A program made the translations under genes and the position numbers. Source: Malacoraja senta (taxonomy: Eukaryota). Taken from it: a stretch of 64,000 nucleotides of DNA. The stretch covers positions 1 to 64,000 of the forward strand of contig JAXLNO010005735.1 of the NCBI GenBank assembly GCA_038087875.1, written 5' to 3'. Position 1 is the stretch's first letter, and every line of letters begins with the position of its first letter. This document shows positions 37,401 to 50,860 of the stretch, piece by piece. The notes under the pieces were generated by a model that worked only from the letters and a program-made list of their open reading frames with translations, was not told the origin of the DNA and ran no database searches.

Positions 37401-40400
37401 TACACAACATCTACAGCTCTGTAGAGCTTCCACAGCTCCAGTTGTGCAAAGTCATGGAGAACACATCTCCGGTCAGTCAGCTAATTTCCATTGTGTTCAG
37501 TGTGTTGGACTGAGGGGAAAAAATGGGATTAAAGGATGAGATTCGTTCACCAGTTGCTGTGATACATTGTAAATGGATCGATTGTAATGTGTACGAAGGA
37601 ACTGCAGATACTGGTTTAAACTGAAGATAGACACACAAAAAGCTGGAGTAACTCAGCGGGGCAGCCAGCATCTCTGGAGAGAAGAATTGAAGAAGGGTCT
37701 CAACCCGAAACGTCACCCATTCCTTCTCTCCAGAGATGCTGCCTGTCCTGCTGAGTTACTCCAGCTTTTTGTGTCTATCTTCAGATCGATTACAATCATG
37801 TATTGACTTTCTGCTGACTGGTTAGCACACAACAAAAGCTTTTCACTGTAAACAGCTGTCACTGTTTCACAATAAACGAAACTGAACTGAGACTATTAAT
37901 ACTTCATACCTGTGCATAAACCTGGGCAAATGAATTTTAAAATAATTCTTGACTATAACCTGCTTATGTATTCAAGTGACAATGGGTGCATTGATCCAAT
38001 GGTTCAATGGTACTTTATTGTCACATATACCTGGGTTCAGTGAAATTCCTTTTTGCCTACAGTTCTGTCAAACATTTACAATACACAAGGACAATCATAC
38101 TTTAGTACAAGACTACAGGAAATATAGATTACATTGAGACAATACACAAGAGTTACCACATTTCCACTAACATTTTGCATAAATCAAAACTCCAAAGTTG
38201 TAAACAATGTAGAGATTTAACATGACCTTATAACCTATTGCTTTGGTGGCAGCACTGGTTTGGAGCTGCAGGGTTTAGCCCACATTATTTGGTATTAGTG
38301 TAAAGTTCACAATATCAGGATTAATCTTGCATGGAACAGACACTGGTCCACGGCCCCAACTTGAATCTGACTTTATGAAATAATTGAGCATTGTACACTT
38401 GGCCAGACATTCCTTATCAAGATTACTAGAAGCGACAACCTGCCCAGTCAATGTTACCTCAAAGTGACTATGAGTGTGATGAACATGGATTGACTTGGAA
38501 CGTTTCCTGAAAGATCAGCACACATTGAAATGATAACGCAATCAACTGTTATTCAATGCATAGATTACTTTGCCCAGAGTAGGGGAATCGAGGACCAGAG
38601 GACATAGGTTCAAGGTGAAGGCGAAAAGATTTAATAGGTATCCGAGGGGTAACTTTTTCACACAAAGGGTGGTGGGTTTATGGAACAAGCTGCCAGAGGA
38701 GGGAGTTGAGGCTGGGACTATGCTATTGTTTAAGAAACAGTTGGACATGTACATGGATAGGACAGGTTTGGGGGGATATGGACCAATCACAGGCAAGTGG
38801 GACCAGTGTAGCTGGGACATTGTTGGCCGGTGTGGGCGAGTTGGGCCGAAGGACCTGTTTCCAAACTGTATCACTCTATGACTCTATGATATTATTAATA
38901 AAATTAATTAACGACAATCAAGTAGATTGTTTGAAGCTGTTCCCATTCCTTATGCAGATACCAAGTAACCCAATCAAGGTAAATCAATGTTAGGTGCCTG
39001 GAAAATGTAGAGTACTCACTAATCAAGATCTGGGACTTTAGTGACCATCCTTCCATTATAAAGTCAAAAGTGATTGTCTGCTGTTGATTGCACAATGCTC
39101 AATTTCATTTTCTCGTTTATTCACTGCACCACAAGCTTTAACCAGCGACAAAACACACTGCAGATACATGTCGTCTAGCCCATGAGAACATTCCAAACTC
39201 AACATCTCAAGCACAAGAACAACAAGGTCAGCAGATGTATGAGAACCTGACCTGGGATCCATCCTGACTTAGAATTGATTCACCATTTGCTCATAATTGA
39301 GTTTGGTTTAGAGATATGTCATGCTGGCAGTTCGAAATAAACAGGTTGGGAGAGGGTAGAAGGCTGGCACAGGGGGGTCAAAGAGGAGGGGGAATGTTGG
39401 ATACTGAGGACGGTGTTTTCACCGGGAGGTGAGGACTCCTTCCCGTAGAAAAAGGCTCGGAAGCGGAGGCAACAGAAGAAGAGCTCTACATCATGGTGAG
39501 CCCTGAACTCGTTGAGGTGGGGATGTAGGGATACAAAGGTAAGGCCTCTGTTGAAGACTGACTGTTATGTATCAGAAGGAAGTCGCGGGGGGGGGGAAGG
39601 ATCCCAGACAACTCTACCATACATTGTAGGGGCCAACAGTCAATGGCCGAAAACTGGGACTGCAAACCATGTGAGTTGATGTATTTGGCCGGCTGGTGGC
39701 CGGTGACGAAGCGAGGATCGGCGGAGTCAATGGGCCCACGAGGGGCTAGAGTACAGGTGAAGGTTGGAGGCAAACATGGCCTGGAAGCTTTGTGGGCCGA
39801 TGGTGGCATCGGCAACAGTGTCTGTAGGTCAGGCCTGGAAGCTCCATTAACCATTCTTCAGCCCACTTGTCTCACTGATCAAGATCCAGCTGTAATTTTT
39901 GATAACTATGTTCACTGTTTATGATACCAACTAGGTCAATGTCATCTGCAAAGTTTCTAATCATGCTGCACATTTTCATCTAAGTTGCTCATATAAACCA
40001 CAATCAGCAATTGTGTCCCTCAGGGATCAGCACTGATCCCTGAGGGACACCTCTAGTCACAGGCCTCCTGTGTGAAAAGCACTTCCACTATCACCCTATG
40101 CTTCCTTCCATGAACCTAATTCATTGGTTAGGCAGCTAGTTCTCCCTGAATGATCTCTAATCATCAAGGGCAGCCTACCATGCAGAAACTTATCAAAGGC
40201 CTTGCTGAAGACCATATGTACAATGTCTATGACCTTATCATCATCAACCTTCTTGGTTACTTTTTCCAAAAACTACCAGATTGGTGATGCATGATCTCCC
40301 ACGTCCAAAACCACGCTGACCAGCCCCTGTCTCTTCAAATGCATATTTATCTTCTCTCTCTGAATCCTCTCCAGTAACTTACCTACCGCAGATTGTAGGC

Positions 40401-43081
40401 TCACTGATTTATAGTTTCTAGGCTACGCCCTGTAGTCCTTCTTAAATAGATGCACCACATTTGCCACCCTCCAGTTATCCGGCACCTCACCCATGTCTAA
40501 CAATGATTCATATCTCTCAGTCAGGGCGCTTGCAATTTCTTCTCTAGCTCCCCACAGTATCCTCTGATATATGTGATCAGGTCTGGGTGAATTATCTACT
40601 TTCATATGTCTTAGGATTTCCAGCACATCATCGGCCATAACATGGACTGTCCTCCAGACATCTCCATTTCCTGTTGCAAGCTCCCTCATCTTCAAATCTT
40701 TCTCCACAGTAAAAACAGGGGAGAAATACTCATTGAAGATCTTGCTCATCTCATGCAGCTCCCCACAGAGATGACAGCTTTTATTTTCTGAGTGGATTTA
40801 TTCTTTATCAAGTTACCCTCATTCATTTAATATAGGAGTGAAGAAGACTGTAAAAACTTGTGAACACTGCCCAGTCCATCACGGGTTCTAACCTCCCCAC
40901 CATCGAAGGAAGCTCAAAAAGGCAGCAAGGATCATCAGAGACCCACACCACCCTGGCCACACACTTATTTCATCCCTGCCATAGGGTAGAAGGTACAGGA
41001 GCCTTAAAACTGTAATGTCAGGTTCAGGAATAACTTCTACCCTACAGCCTTTACGCTATTAAACACTACAGCCTTAAACAAGCTCTTAACTACATAGACT
41101 ATTATTGTTATTGTTGCACCATTATGGTTTGTTTTTTGTGTGTACATATGAGTGTGTGTGTGTGTGTATATATATATACGAATATGATCTGTATATATGT
41201 GTATTTGTGAGTAGGGGTATATATACACACCCAGATATTATTTTTTTCTTGTTTCTTATATTGTTTACAGTGTACTATGTTTACATATTCTGTTGTGCTG
41301 CTGCAAGTAAGAATGTCATTGTTCTATCTAGGACATCTCTATATAACTAAAAGTCTTTGGCTTGTTTGTGCCCACGATGTGTCTCTGTGTGTGTCAATCT
41401 GGTTAATTGCTATCTTCTTCCTAATGCTAGGCCACAGCTTTCTCATTTTCACACCATTTTTCCCGTGGTGGCGATAAACATCTTCCCGTCACATTTCCAC
41501 CTATATTTCCGAAGTTATTAATCGTAACATTTTTTTAAACAGTCTGATTTCTTCAAACTCTTCCATTTTGGAAACAAAATCCGAGTGACTTCACAATGCA
41601 CTCGCAAGGCAGGACAGGGCCACTCCAGGAGGGATGGGCACTCCAGTGCTCCAACCATCCCTCCCCACCCCCCTCCAGTGCACCAATCACGATGGGCTCT
41701 CAAGCTGCCGAGTGCCACCCCCCCCCCCGTCCCCTCCCCCCACCGGGTTATTCATGATTAAAGTTGTTTTTTAAGCCAAACGGGTTGCGTTGGGGGAACG
41801 GGTGAGTGCTGGAATATTTCGTTGGGGGAGCAGACCCGATCTGCACTTGGTCTAGTATGACAATAAAACAATATTGACTCTTGAATGTACATAAAGTATC
41901 TTTGGATTCTTCTTTGCCAGAGTTGACAACAAAATTGATAAGTATATTAGGTAATGATAATTGTTGTCTAAGATTACAAAATAATGTTGATCAACCGGAA
42001 AGGTATGGAGGTGAGGGGGGGGGAAGGAATGCCAGTTAAAATCTAACTCAAACAAGTGTGATTTGATGCCTTTTGGGAAGTCAAATCAGGGCTGTCCAAA
42101 TCTATTGCAGGATTGTAAATGGAGCTGTACCTTGGTGTACAATTACATAGTTCCCTGAAAATGGCATCATAGTTTGATAGGGTAGTGAAGGGAATATATG
42201 TCTGAAGAATCGCCTCAATCCAAAAGGTCACCCATTCCTTCTCTCCAGAAATATTGCCGCTGAGTCTCTCTAGCTTTTTGTGTCTATCTTCGGTTTAAAT
42301 TAGCATCTGCTGTTCATCCCTACGCAGAGTATATGTTATGCCTTGTTTCCTCAGCCATTGTACTGAGGACTAGGGTTGGGGTGTCATGTTACAGTTGTAC
42401 AGAATGTTGAACAGGCAACCATTAATCTGTCCAGGGGCTCAGCTGATTTGTTGCACAATAGACTCTAATCCAAGGTCTGAACTCTGAAAAGAAAATCAAG
42501 AAATTCAAGTTGCCACTCATCCATGGACTGAATAACAAAACACATCTTAGTTTTGCTTATCTGGCTTGAGAACTCTTAACATTGATCTATTTTCCTTCAT
42601 AGTGTAGTCCATTTATAAACTGGCCATACCCAGACATCCTGTGTCCACACTGTTTCCCAAGGTCACCTCACCTATTTTCAGCTCTGCTCTCAACAAGTAT
42701 CAATCACATTATCCCTCTCTCTATCTCCCTATCTCCCTCCATCTCTCTACATCTCTCTCTCTATCTCCCTATCTCTCTCCATCTATTTATCTCTCCATCT
42801 CTCATCCCTCAGCTCTATCTCTCTTTCCTTCATCTCTTTCATTTCTGCAAATTGAAACCATTAATCAGTCTGAGAGCACTGTGTGTGACTGAATGACATC
42901 AGAGCATCAGTCCCTGAGGCATACCACTGGTCACAGGCTTCCTATGTAAAAAACAACAACCCTGCACTACCATTCTCTGACTCCTACCACCAAGCCAACT
43001 TTGTGTCCAATTGACTAGCTCACCCTGGATCCCATGTTTTCCAACCTAATGGACCAGCCACCCATGTGGGACCTTGCTGAA

Positions 43082-43395
43082 GGATGGCATGGTGGCATAG
43101 TCGTAAGGCTACTGCTTTACAGTGCCAGAGACCTGGGTTCAATCCTGACTACAAGTGCTTTTCTATATGGAGTTTGTACGTTCTCCCCGTGACCTGCGTA
43201 GGTTTTCTCCAAGATCTTCGGTTTCCTCCCACACTTCAAAGACGTACAGGTTTGTACGTTAATTGGCTTGGTATAAAAGGTAAAATTACCCCTAGTGTGT
43301 GTAGGGTAGCGTTAAAATGCAGGGATCGCTGGTCTGTGTAGGCCCAGTGGGCTGTAGGGTCTGTTTCCTCACTGTATCTCTAAACTAAACTAAAC
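43082..43395 (+). mobile_element. HE1-type tRNA SINE
   Basis: A box TGGCATAGTCG, B box GGTTCAATCC, (CTAAA)n tail. Confidence 0.8.
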
Positions 43396-43637
43396 ATAGA
43401 CAACATCTGTCATCCAATCACACACTGGGCAATTTACAAAATGCAATTAAGCAACCAACTCGCATGTCTTTGAGATATAGGAGGAACGGAGCATTTGGTG
43501 GAGATCCACGTGTTATAGGGAGAACAAGAAAATGATACACGTTGCACCCGAGATCAGGATTGAATCCAAGTTGCTGTAGCAGAGGGGCACCAATTCTGCC
43601 AGTTGCCTCAATGTACTGCCTTTTAAAAAGAAAATTG

Positions 43638-43956
43638 AAAGCCTATCCCACTGTACGAGGTAATTCAAGAGCTCTCCCCAGTTTAAAAAAAAATTAAACT
43701 CGTGGTAAGCACGTAGAATGTACGTAGCGGGTACGTCGGAGCTCGGGAAGTCTCCTAGCGGCTCGTAACGCTAACGGCAGGTACTTGGGAAACGCGGTAA
43801 GCTCGTGAAGACTCGTGAAGATTTTTCAACATGTTGAAAAAAGTCCACGAGAGCCCCAAGTACCTACGAGCGGCAATTACCGTAATTCTCCGAGTTCGAA
43901 TCAGGGGAAACTCGGGAGAACTCTTGAATGAGCTCGTACAGTGGGACAGGGCCTTT
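43638..43956 (-). mobile_element. 319-bp MITE, copy 2, inverted relative to copy 1
   Basis: Reverse complement of 28919-29237. TIRs AAAGCCTATCCCACTGTAC / GTACAGTGGGACAGGGCCTTT; central palindrome TTTTTCAACATGTTGAAAAA at 43822-43841. Confidence 0.9.
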
Positions 43957-44711
43957 AAGCTGTGTCTGCGTTGTCCATGCACACACTCTCAGGGCAGAAT
44001 TAGTTTAGTTTAGTTTAGAGATACAGCGTTGAAATAAGGCCTTTCGGCCTAACAAGTTTGCGAAGACCAATGATCCCTTTACATTGGCACTATCCTACAC
44101 ACACTAGGTACAAATTACAATTTACAAACCAATTAACCTACAAACCTGTACGTCTTTGGAGTGTGGGAGGAAACTGGAGGACCCGGAGAAAACCCATGCG
44201 TTCACCCAACATACAAACTCCGTGTGGACCGCACCCATAGTCAGGATCGAACCCTGGTGTCTGGTGCTATAAGGCAGCAACTCTACCGCTGCGCCACCCT
44301 GCCGCCCCTAAGTATAGATATAGGGAAAGATACAGCAGCCTGAAAACCGTGACAACCACATTCAAGAACAGCCTCTTCTCAGCAATCATCAGGCTCTTCA
44401 ACACCACACTAAACTAATTTCAGCATCTATGATCATCTACGGACTGTCTTTGAATGTAATATGAATTTTGTTTTTTGCACTATTATGATAGTCCAGTATT
44501 ACAGTTATTAATTTATTGTTATATTGATTGTTTTATATTATCTCTGTGTTATTGCAGTTACATGCAGGTGAAGCTGCAGCAAGTCAGAATTTTGTTGTTC
44601 TGTTGTTGATACATATGACAATTAACCGACTCTTACCTCACATTTGATTTTGGGTAAAGCTCACTCCATATTACCCCCACCATACACTCAGGAAAAGTAC
44701 AAGGAACAAGT

Positions 44712-45752
44712 ACATGTTTAAGAAAGAACTGCAGATGCTGGAAAAATCCAAGGTGGACAAAAATGCTGGAGAAACTCAGCGGTGAGGCAGCATCTATGGA
44801 GCAAAGGAATAGGTGACGTTTTGGGTCGAGACCCTTCTTCAGACTGATATGGGGGTGGGGGGCGGGAAGAAGAAAGGAAGAGGTGGAGATAGTAGGCTGT
44901 GGGAGAGCTTCGAAGGGAAGGGGAAGGAGGGAGAAAGCAAAGACTACCTGAAAATGGAGGTCAATGTTCATACCGCTGGGGTGTAAACTACCCAAGCGAA
45001 AAATGATATTCTGCCCCTCCAATTTGCGGAGGGTCTTACTCTGGCGTGGAGGAGACCCAGGACAGAAAGGTCCGATTCTGAATGGGAGGGGGAGTTGAAG
45101 TGTTGAGCCACTGGGAGATCAGGTTGGTTAATGTGGACTGAGCGGAGGTGTTGGGTGAAGCGATCGCCAAGCCTGCGCTTGGTCTCACCGATGTAAAGCA
45201 GTTGACACCTAGAGCAGCGGATGCAATAGATGAGGTTGGAGGAGGGGCAGGTGAACCTCTGCCTCACTTGGAAAGACTGCTTAGGCCCTTGGATGGAGTC
45301 ATGGGGGGAGATAAAGCGACAAGTGTAGCATTTCCTGCGGTTGCAAGGGAAAGTGCCAGGGGAGGGGAAGGTTAGGGAACGGGGCTTCTTCTCTTCGACT
45401 ATAGATGAGGCTCTCACCAAGGTCTCTTCTATATCTCGTTGCTCCGCTCTCACTCCCCATTCCCCCCACTCGTGACAAGTCCCCCTTGTCCTCACCTTCC
45501 ACCCTACCAGCCGTCACATACAACAGATAATCCTCCGACATATTCGCCACCTCCAACGGGATCCCATCACTGGCCACATCTTCTCATCTTCTCCCCTTTC
45601 AGCTTTCTGCAGAGACTGCACCCTCTGTAACTCCCTGGTCAATGTGTCCCTTCCCACCCAAACCACTCCCTCCCCTGGTACTTTCCCTTGCCACCGCAGG
45701 AAATGCTACACTTGTCGCTTTACCTCCCCCCTTGACTCCATCCAAGGACCTA
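44712..45752. mobile_element. Penelope-like element: GIY-YIG endonuclease and terminal repeat on the minus strand (44712-45385) with an inverted ORF fragment on the plus strand (45430-45752)
   Basis: ORF 44968-45495: FPCNRRKCYTC..NLIYCIRC..LLYIGETKRRLGDRFTQH. The plus segment repeats PSPGTFPCHRRKCYTC..DSIQGP. Confidence 0.93.
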
Positions 45753-46559
45753 GGCATGCCATGCTATCCAAACAGATTGGATATACCATACACAGATATA
45801 ATCAATTAAAAGGGGAATAATATCATGCAGAATAACGATCTCAGCATTGTAGCGTATCAGTTCCAGTGAGAAAGACAAATGATCTCGGTGGATAGAGGTA
45901 AATCATACTTACCATAACCTACAGAAAAACTGTTCAGAAGCCAGATAACAGAGGGGAAGAAGCTGTCGCTGAGGCTGGTGGTACGTGCCTTCAATCTTCT
46001 GCACCTTCTGCCAGACAGGAGCCAAACCTATCCATGCCTTTCATAATTTTACATACTTCTATCAGGGCTCCCCTCAACTAATTGGAGCAGGGAACCAATG
46101 CAAGGACTCAGTTTTGGCAATGATACAAAAATAGATGAAATGGCACGGTTTAATGAGGAAAGTATGATTCTACAACAGGATATAGATAGCTTGAGTGATT
46201 AGTCAAAACCTGGCTAATGTGTTTAATGTGGGAAACTGTGAGGTCATGCTGAAGATAGACACAAAATGCTGGAGTAACTCAGCGGGACAGGCAGCATCTC
46301 TAGATAGAATGAATGGGTGACGTTTCAGGTCGAGACCCATTTTCAGACTGCAGAACTCGTTGGAGAGAGGAGGAGAACTTCTTCAAAGTAGGCATACCTT
46401 GAGGAGATTTCTCAGTGGAGAAGCCAAATTGTGTAGGAAGGAACTGCAAATGCTGCTTCACACTGAAGATAGACACAAAATGCAGGAGTAACTTAGCAGG
46501 ACAAGCAGCATCTCTAGGTATAATTGGTGATGTTTTGAGTCATGCTCTTTGGCATGAGG

Positions 46560-47290
46560 AATCAAGTCAGCTTGCCCCAATCAGTATCAATGGTGCCAAA
46601 GTAGAAATGGTTGAGAGCTTCAAATTCTTTGGTGTAAATATTACCAACGAACCTTGATGGACCAACCACATTGAAGGGACAGCCAAGAAGGCACACCAAG
46701 GCCTCCATTTCCTCAGTCGACTGAGGAAATTTGGTATGTGTCCAATGACTCTTACCAACTTCCATAGATGCACCATAGAAAGCATACTATCAGGTTACAT
46801 CACAGCTTGTTTTCAGAATAGCTTTGCCCAAGACCACAAGATATTGCAGAGAGGTGTGGATGTAGCACAGTCCATCACACAGACCAGACTGCCCATCATT
46901 GTCTCCATTTACACTTCCTGCCTCTTCAGGAAGACAGCCAACATAGTCAAAGACCTTTCTCACACTAGTGATTCCTTTTTTCTCCACTTCCATCAGGCAG
47001 AAGATGCAGAGCTTAAAGGTGTAGAGCACCAGACACAGGAACAGCTTCCTCTACTCTGTTATCAGGCTTTTGAATGTTCCATGTGCTAGGACCCATTCCC
47101 AATTCTCCTTTACCTCAATATGGCCATTGGATTTTGTCTCTGGAACTGTTGTACAATAATGTTGAGAGCTAAATTCTTCACTCTGTATCTTATCCTTCAG
47201 TCTGCCTATTGTACTTGCGTTTGGCTTGATAGTATTTATGTATACAACAGCAAACACAATGCTTTTCACCGTACCTTGGTACACATCACA
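46560..47290 (+). mobile_element. Rex1/Babar LINE 3' fragment
   Basis: ESFKFFGVNIT, LTNFHRCTIESILSGYITA, LQRGVDVAQSIT, and the 3' tail. Confidence 0.85.
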
Positions 47291-50200
47291 ATACCAAACC
47301 TAAAGCTAAACCTTAAATGGTGGATTATTGTCTAAATGGAGAGAGACTGTAACTGAGTGAAGTTCAGATGGGATCTTGGTATTCAAGTGCATGCATCAAA
47401 TTAAGTTAGTAGCAGGCCCAGTAACCAATGGAAAAAATGCAGTCTTTACTGCAACGGGGATGGAATTTAAGAACAGGGAAGTTATATTGAAATTATGCAG
47501 GATGATAGTGAGTCAATAACTGGAAAACCGCACACAGTTTAACATTAAAAAGGGTATAGGAGCATTGGATGCAGACCAGGTGAAATTCACCAAACTAAGT
47601 CAAGAGATGAAAAGGTTGTCCCATCAAGAGCGGTAAACACTTTAGGTCTGCATTCCTTGGAGTGTAGAAAGTGATGAGTGACCTTATTCACACATGCAAT
47701 ATATTAAGGGGCTTTTCATGATAGATGTTGATATGTTTCACTGGTGGGAAAGTCTAAAAACAATGGGAAACAACTACAGAATAAGGGACCAGTTGTTTAA
47801 AACTGAGGTACATAAAAATTACTTCTTTCAGAAGGGTGTGAATCGCTGGAATTCTGTGCCCAGAGGTGGTGGTGGCTAAGGCATTAGATATGCTTATGAA
47901 CAGATAGAGAAAGCTTTGAAAGATTCAGGCAATTGAGGGTTTGGGGGTAATGGAACAGAGGAGGAGTAGTCCACTCCTGCTATTTTTACTTGTGTTGTTG
48001 ACGATTACCCTCATGAATAAAGTTAGAACTTGCAACCAATATTTCAATCAGAGGGGCCTCAGAGTGGCACAGCAGTGGAGTTACTTCCTTGCAGTACCTG
48101 TGACTCAGGTTTGATCCTGACTAAGGGTGCTGTCTGTACCAACTTTGTATGTTCTCTCTGTGACTGCATGGGTTTCCCCTGGTGCTTCGGTTTCCTCCCA
48201 GTTCCAAAGACCTGCAGGTTTATAGGTTAATTGGCATCTGTAAATTGTCCCATGTGTATAGGATAGAACTGTGTAGGCAGCACGGTGACGCAAAGGGGTG
48301 GCACGGAGTAGCAGCGGTAGGGTTGCTACAGTGCCAGAGACCCAGGTTTGATCTTGACCATGGGTGCTGTATGTATAGATTTTTTAACGTTCTCCTCGTG
48401 ACCTGTGTGGGTTTTCTCTGGGGGTTCCAGCTTCCTCCCACTCTCCAAAGACATGCAGGTTTGCAGGTTAATTGGCCCCAAGTGTGTGTAGGATAGTGTT
48501 AGTGTGGGGGGGGGTCACTGGTCAGCACAGACTCAGTAGGCCTAAGGGCCTGTTTCAAGGCTGTACCTCTAAACCAAACTAATCTAAGGAGCTGAGGCCA
48601 ACTGAACAGTAATCATTTTATTGAATGGTGGGACAAGTTTGGTGACTATTCTCAGGGGCTGATAGCCTACTACTGTTCTATTTCCGACTGTTCTTGATAG
48701 TTCCCCTCATGGAGGAAACTAGACCTTGGAGGCAAAACTGAGGAGAAAATTGTTTTATTTTTCTCCCAGATGATAACGAATGGTGGGAATTTTCAACTGC
48801 CGAGTGTAGATTCATTACGTTACTGAGAAGGATGGATTTGTTTCTTTGGGAAGTTGTTGGTTACTGGCTACAGACTCTTCTGGTCATGAGTAGATCAGTC
48901 ATGACCTAATTGAGCTGCAGAACAGACTTTACTCATGGCCAACAACTACTTCATTTTTCTTGTGATCTCTACAATTACCCACTACAATCATTGCACTCTT
49001 ACTTGTTTATGATTGCACTCACGTATGGTGTATTATGACTGGATAGCATGCAAAACATGGTATTTCACCGTATTTTTGTACACATTACAATAATAAACTC
49101 AACTTTAGGGAGAAGGGAGCAGAATAATGTGGCCTCTATCAATGGTTGAGTAATATGGACTAAAACATTGGTTTGGACTAATTCTGCCAGTGGCTTGTGG
49201 GCCTATTCCTGCTTCTCCTTTCTTGTGTTCATGTATTTGATGTCTCTTGCTTACTGTGGTCACTGCTGTGAGTTATAACTCCAGTAACATAAGCAAATTA
49301 GTTCAGCACTATCCGAGCAAAATTAAAAGCATTTTTTAAAATGCAGACTTAAATCTGATGTAGTGAGGGAGTAACACAGACATCTTTGGGTTGATTGAAA
49401 TGATTTTGGTTAAGAGCTGAAATTTAAATGAATAGAAATTAACATTTTGACTTTAGACTTCAGAGGTACATCATGGAAGCAGGCCCTTCGGCCCACCGAG
49501 TCCTCGCTAACTCCCCGTACAATAGTACTATACCACGACAGGTGACAATTTACAATTTTACCAAAGCAAGTTAACCTAAAAACCTGTACTTCTTTGAGAT
49601 GTGGGAGGAAACTGGAGCACCCAGAGAAAAACAATGCAGTCACGCATGGAGATGCAGGGAGAATGTACAAACACCGTACAGACAGCACCGTTAGTCAGAA
49701 TCGACCTGAGTCTCTGCTGCTATAGGCAGCAACTCTACCGTTGCAACACTGAGGATATCTTGAATTACAAAAGCAACATTTTGGGCTCATCACCAACCAT
49801 ACAAGCACCTGCATTCTTTATATGGTACATTAATATGGAGTTTATTGCATTGAAACAGGCCCACAAGCATGCCCTGCCGTTCAATACAATCCCTCAGTCA
49901 TTCCTGATCTGGTTTGATTAGGATGCAAATAAAAGCTTTTCACTATATCACAATACAAGTGACAATAATAAACCAATACCAATGCTATTGTGTAAGTTCT
50001 CCCCATATCTGATAGATAGATCCTTGATAAATTTGTAGACACCATCGCCGTCTATATCCACCACCATTTGCTGCACAGTTTCAATGTCCAAACTAGCTTC
50101 CAATATAACTGTTTTACAGAATTCCATTTTGAGTTGAAAGATACAACATGGAAACAGGCCCTTCAGCCCACCATGCTGACCACCGGTCACCCCTTCACAC

Positions 50201-50860
50201 TAGTTCAATGTTATCCCACTTTTTTGTCCAATCCCCACACACGCTAGGGGAAATTTACAGATGTCAATTAACTGACAAACCCACATACCTGTGGAATGTG
50301 GGAGAAAACCAGAGCACCCGGGAAGAACCCAGGTGGTCACAGGAAGAAGGAACAAAATCTATACAGTAGCTAGACAAAAATGCTGGAGAAACTCAGGGGG
50401 TGAGGCAGCATCTATGGAGCGAAGGAATAGTTTTGGGTCAAGACCCTTCTTGGAGGGTTTCGACCGGAAACGTCGCCTATTCCTTTGCTCCATAGATGCT
50501 GCCTCACCCGCTGAGTTTCTCCAGAATTTTTGTCTACCTTCGATTTTTACAGCATCTGCAGTTCTTTCTTAAAGAAAATCTACACAGACAATACCAGAGG
50601 TCAGGATCTAACGCTGGTCTCTGGTGCTGTGAGGCAGCAGCTCTACCAGTGTTTGGTTTCCTCCTTTTTGTTCTGCATTGTAATGATTCAAGTCAGGATA
50701 GGCATTGGATTTATGGGTCTCCTGAATCATAACATAAGAAGCAGTTAGCAGCATAAGAATGGAGCGTTATCTGAAACGTAATTACAGTTCCAGGCAACTA
50801 CGCCCTGCCTTTCCATTCCATTTGCTATAGAGTGCGATAAAACCAAAGTGCTGGAGTAAC

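Noticed and set aside
38442-38500. Minus-strand 49-nt exon-like segment (TTTCAG|...|GTAAC), and a similar 28-nt one near 34660-34690
   Set aside because: Too short to identify, and no consistent reading frame links them.
42641-42892. 83-aa ORF rich in S/L/P/Y
   Set aside because: Translation of a CT-rich low-complexity tract.
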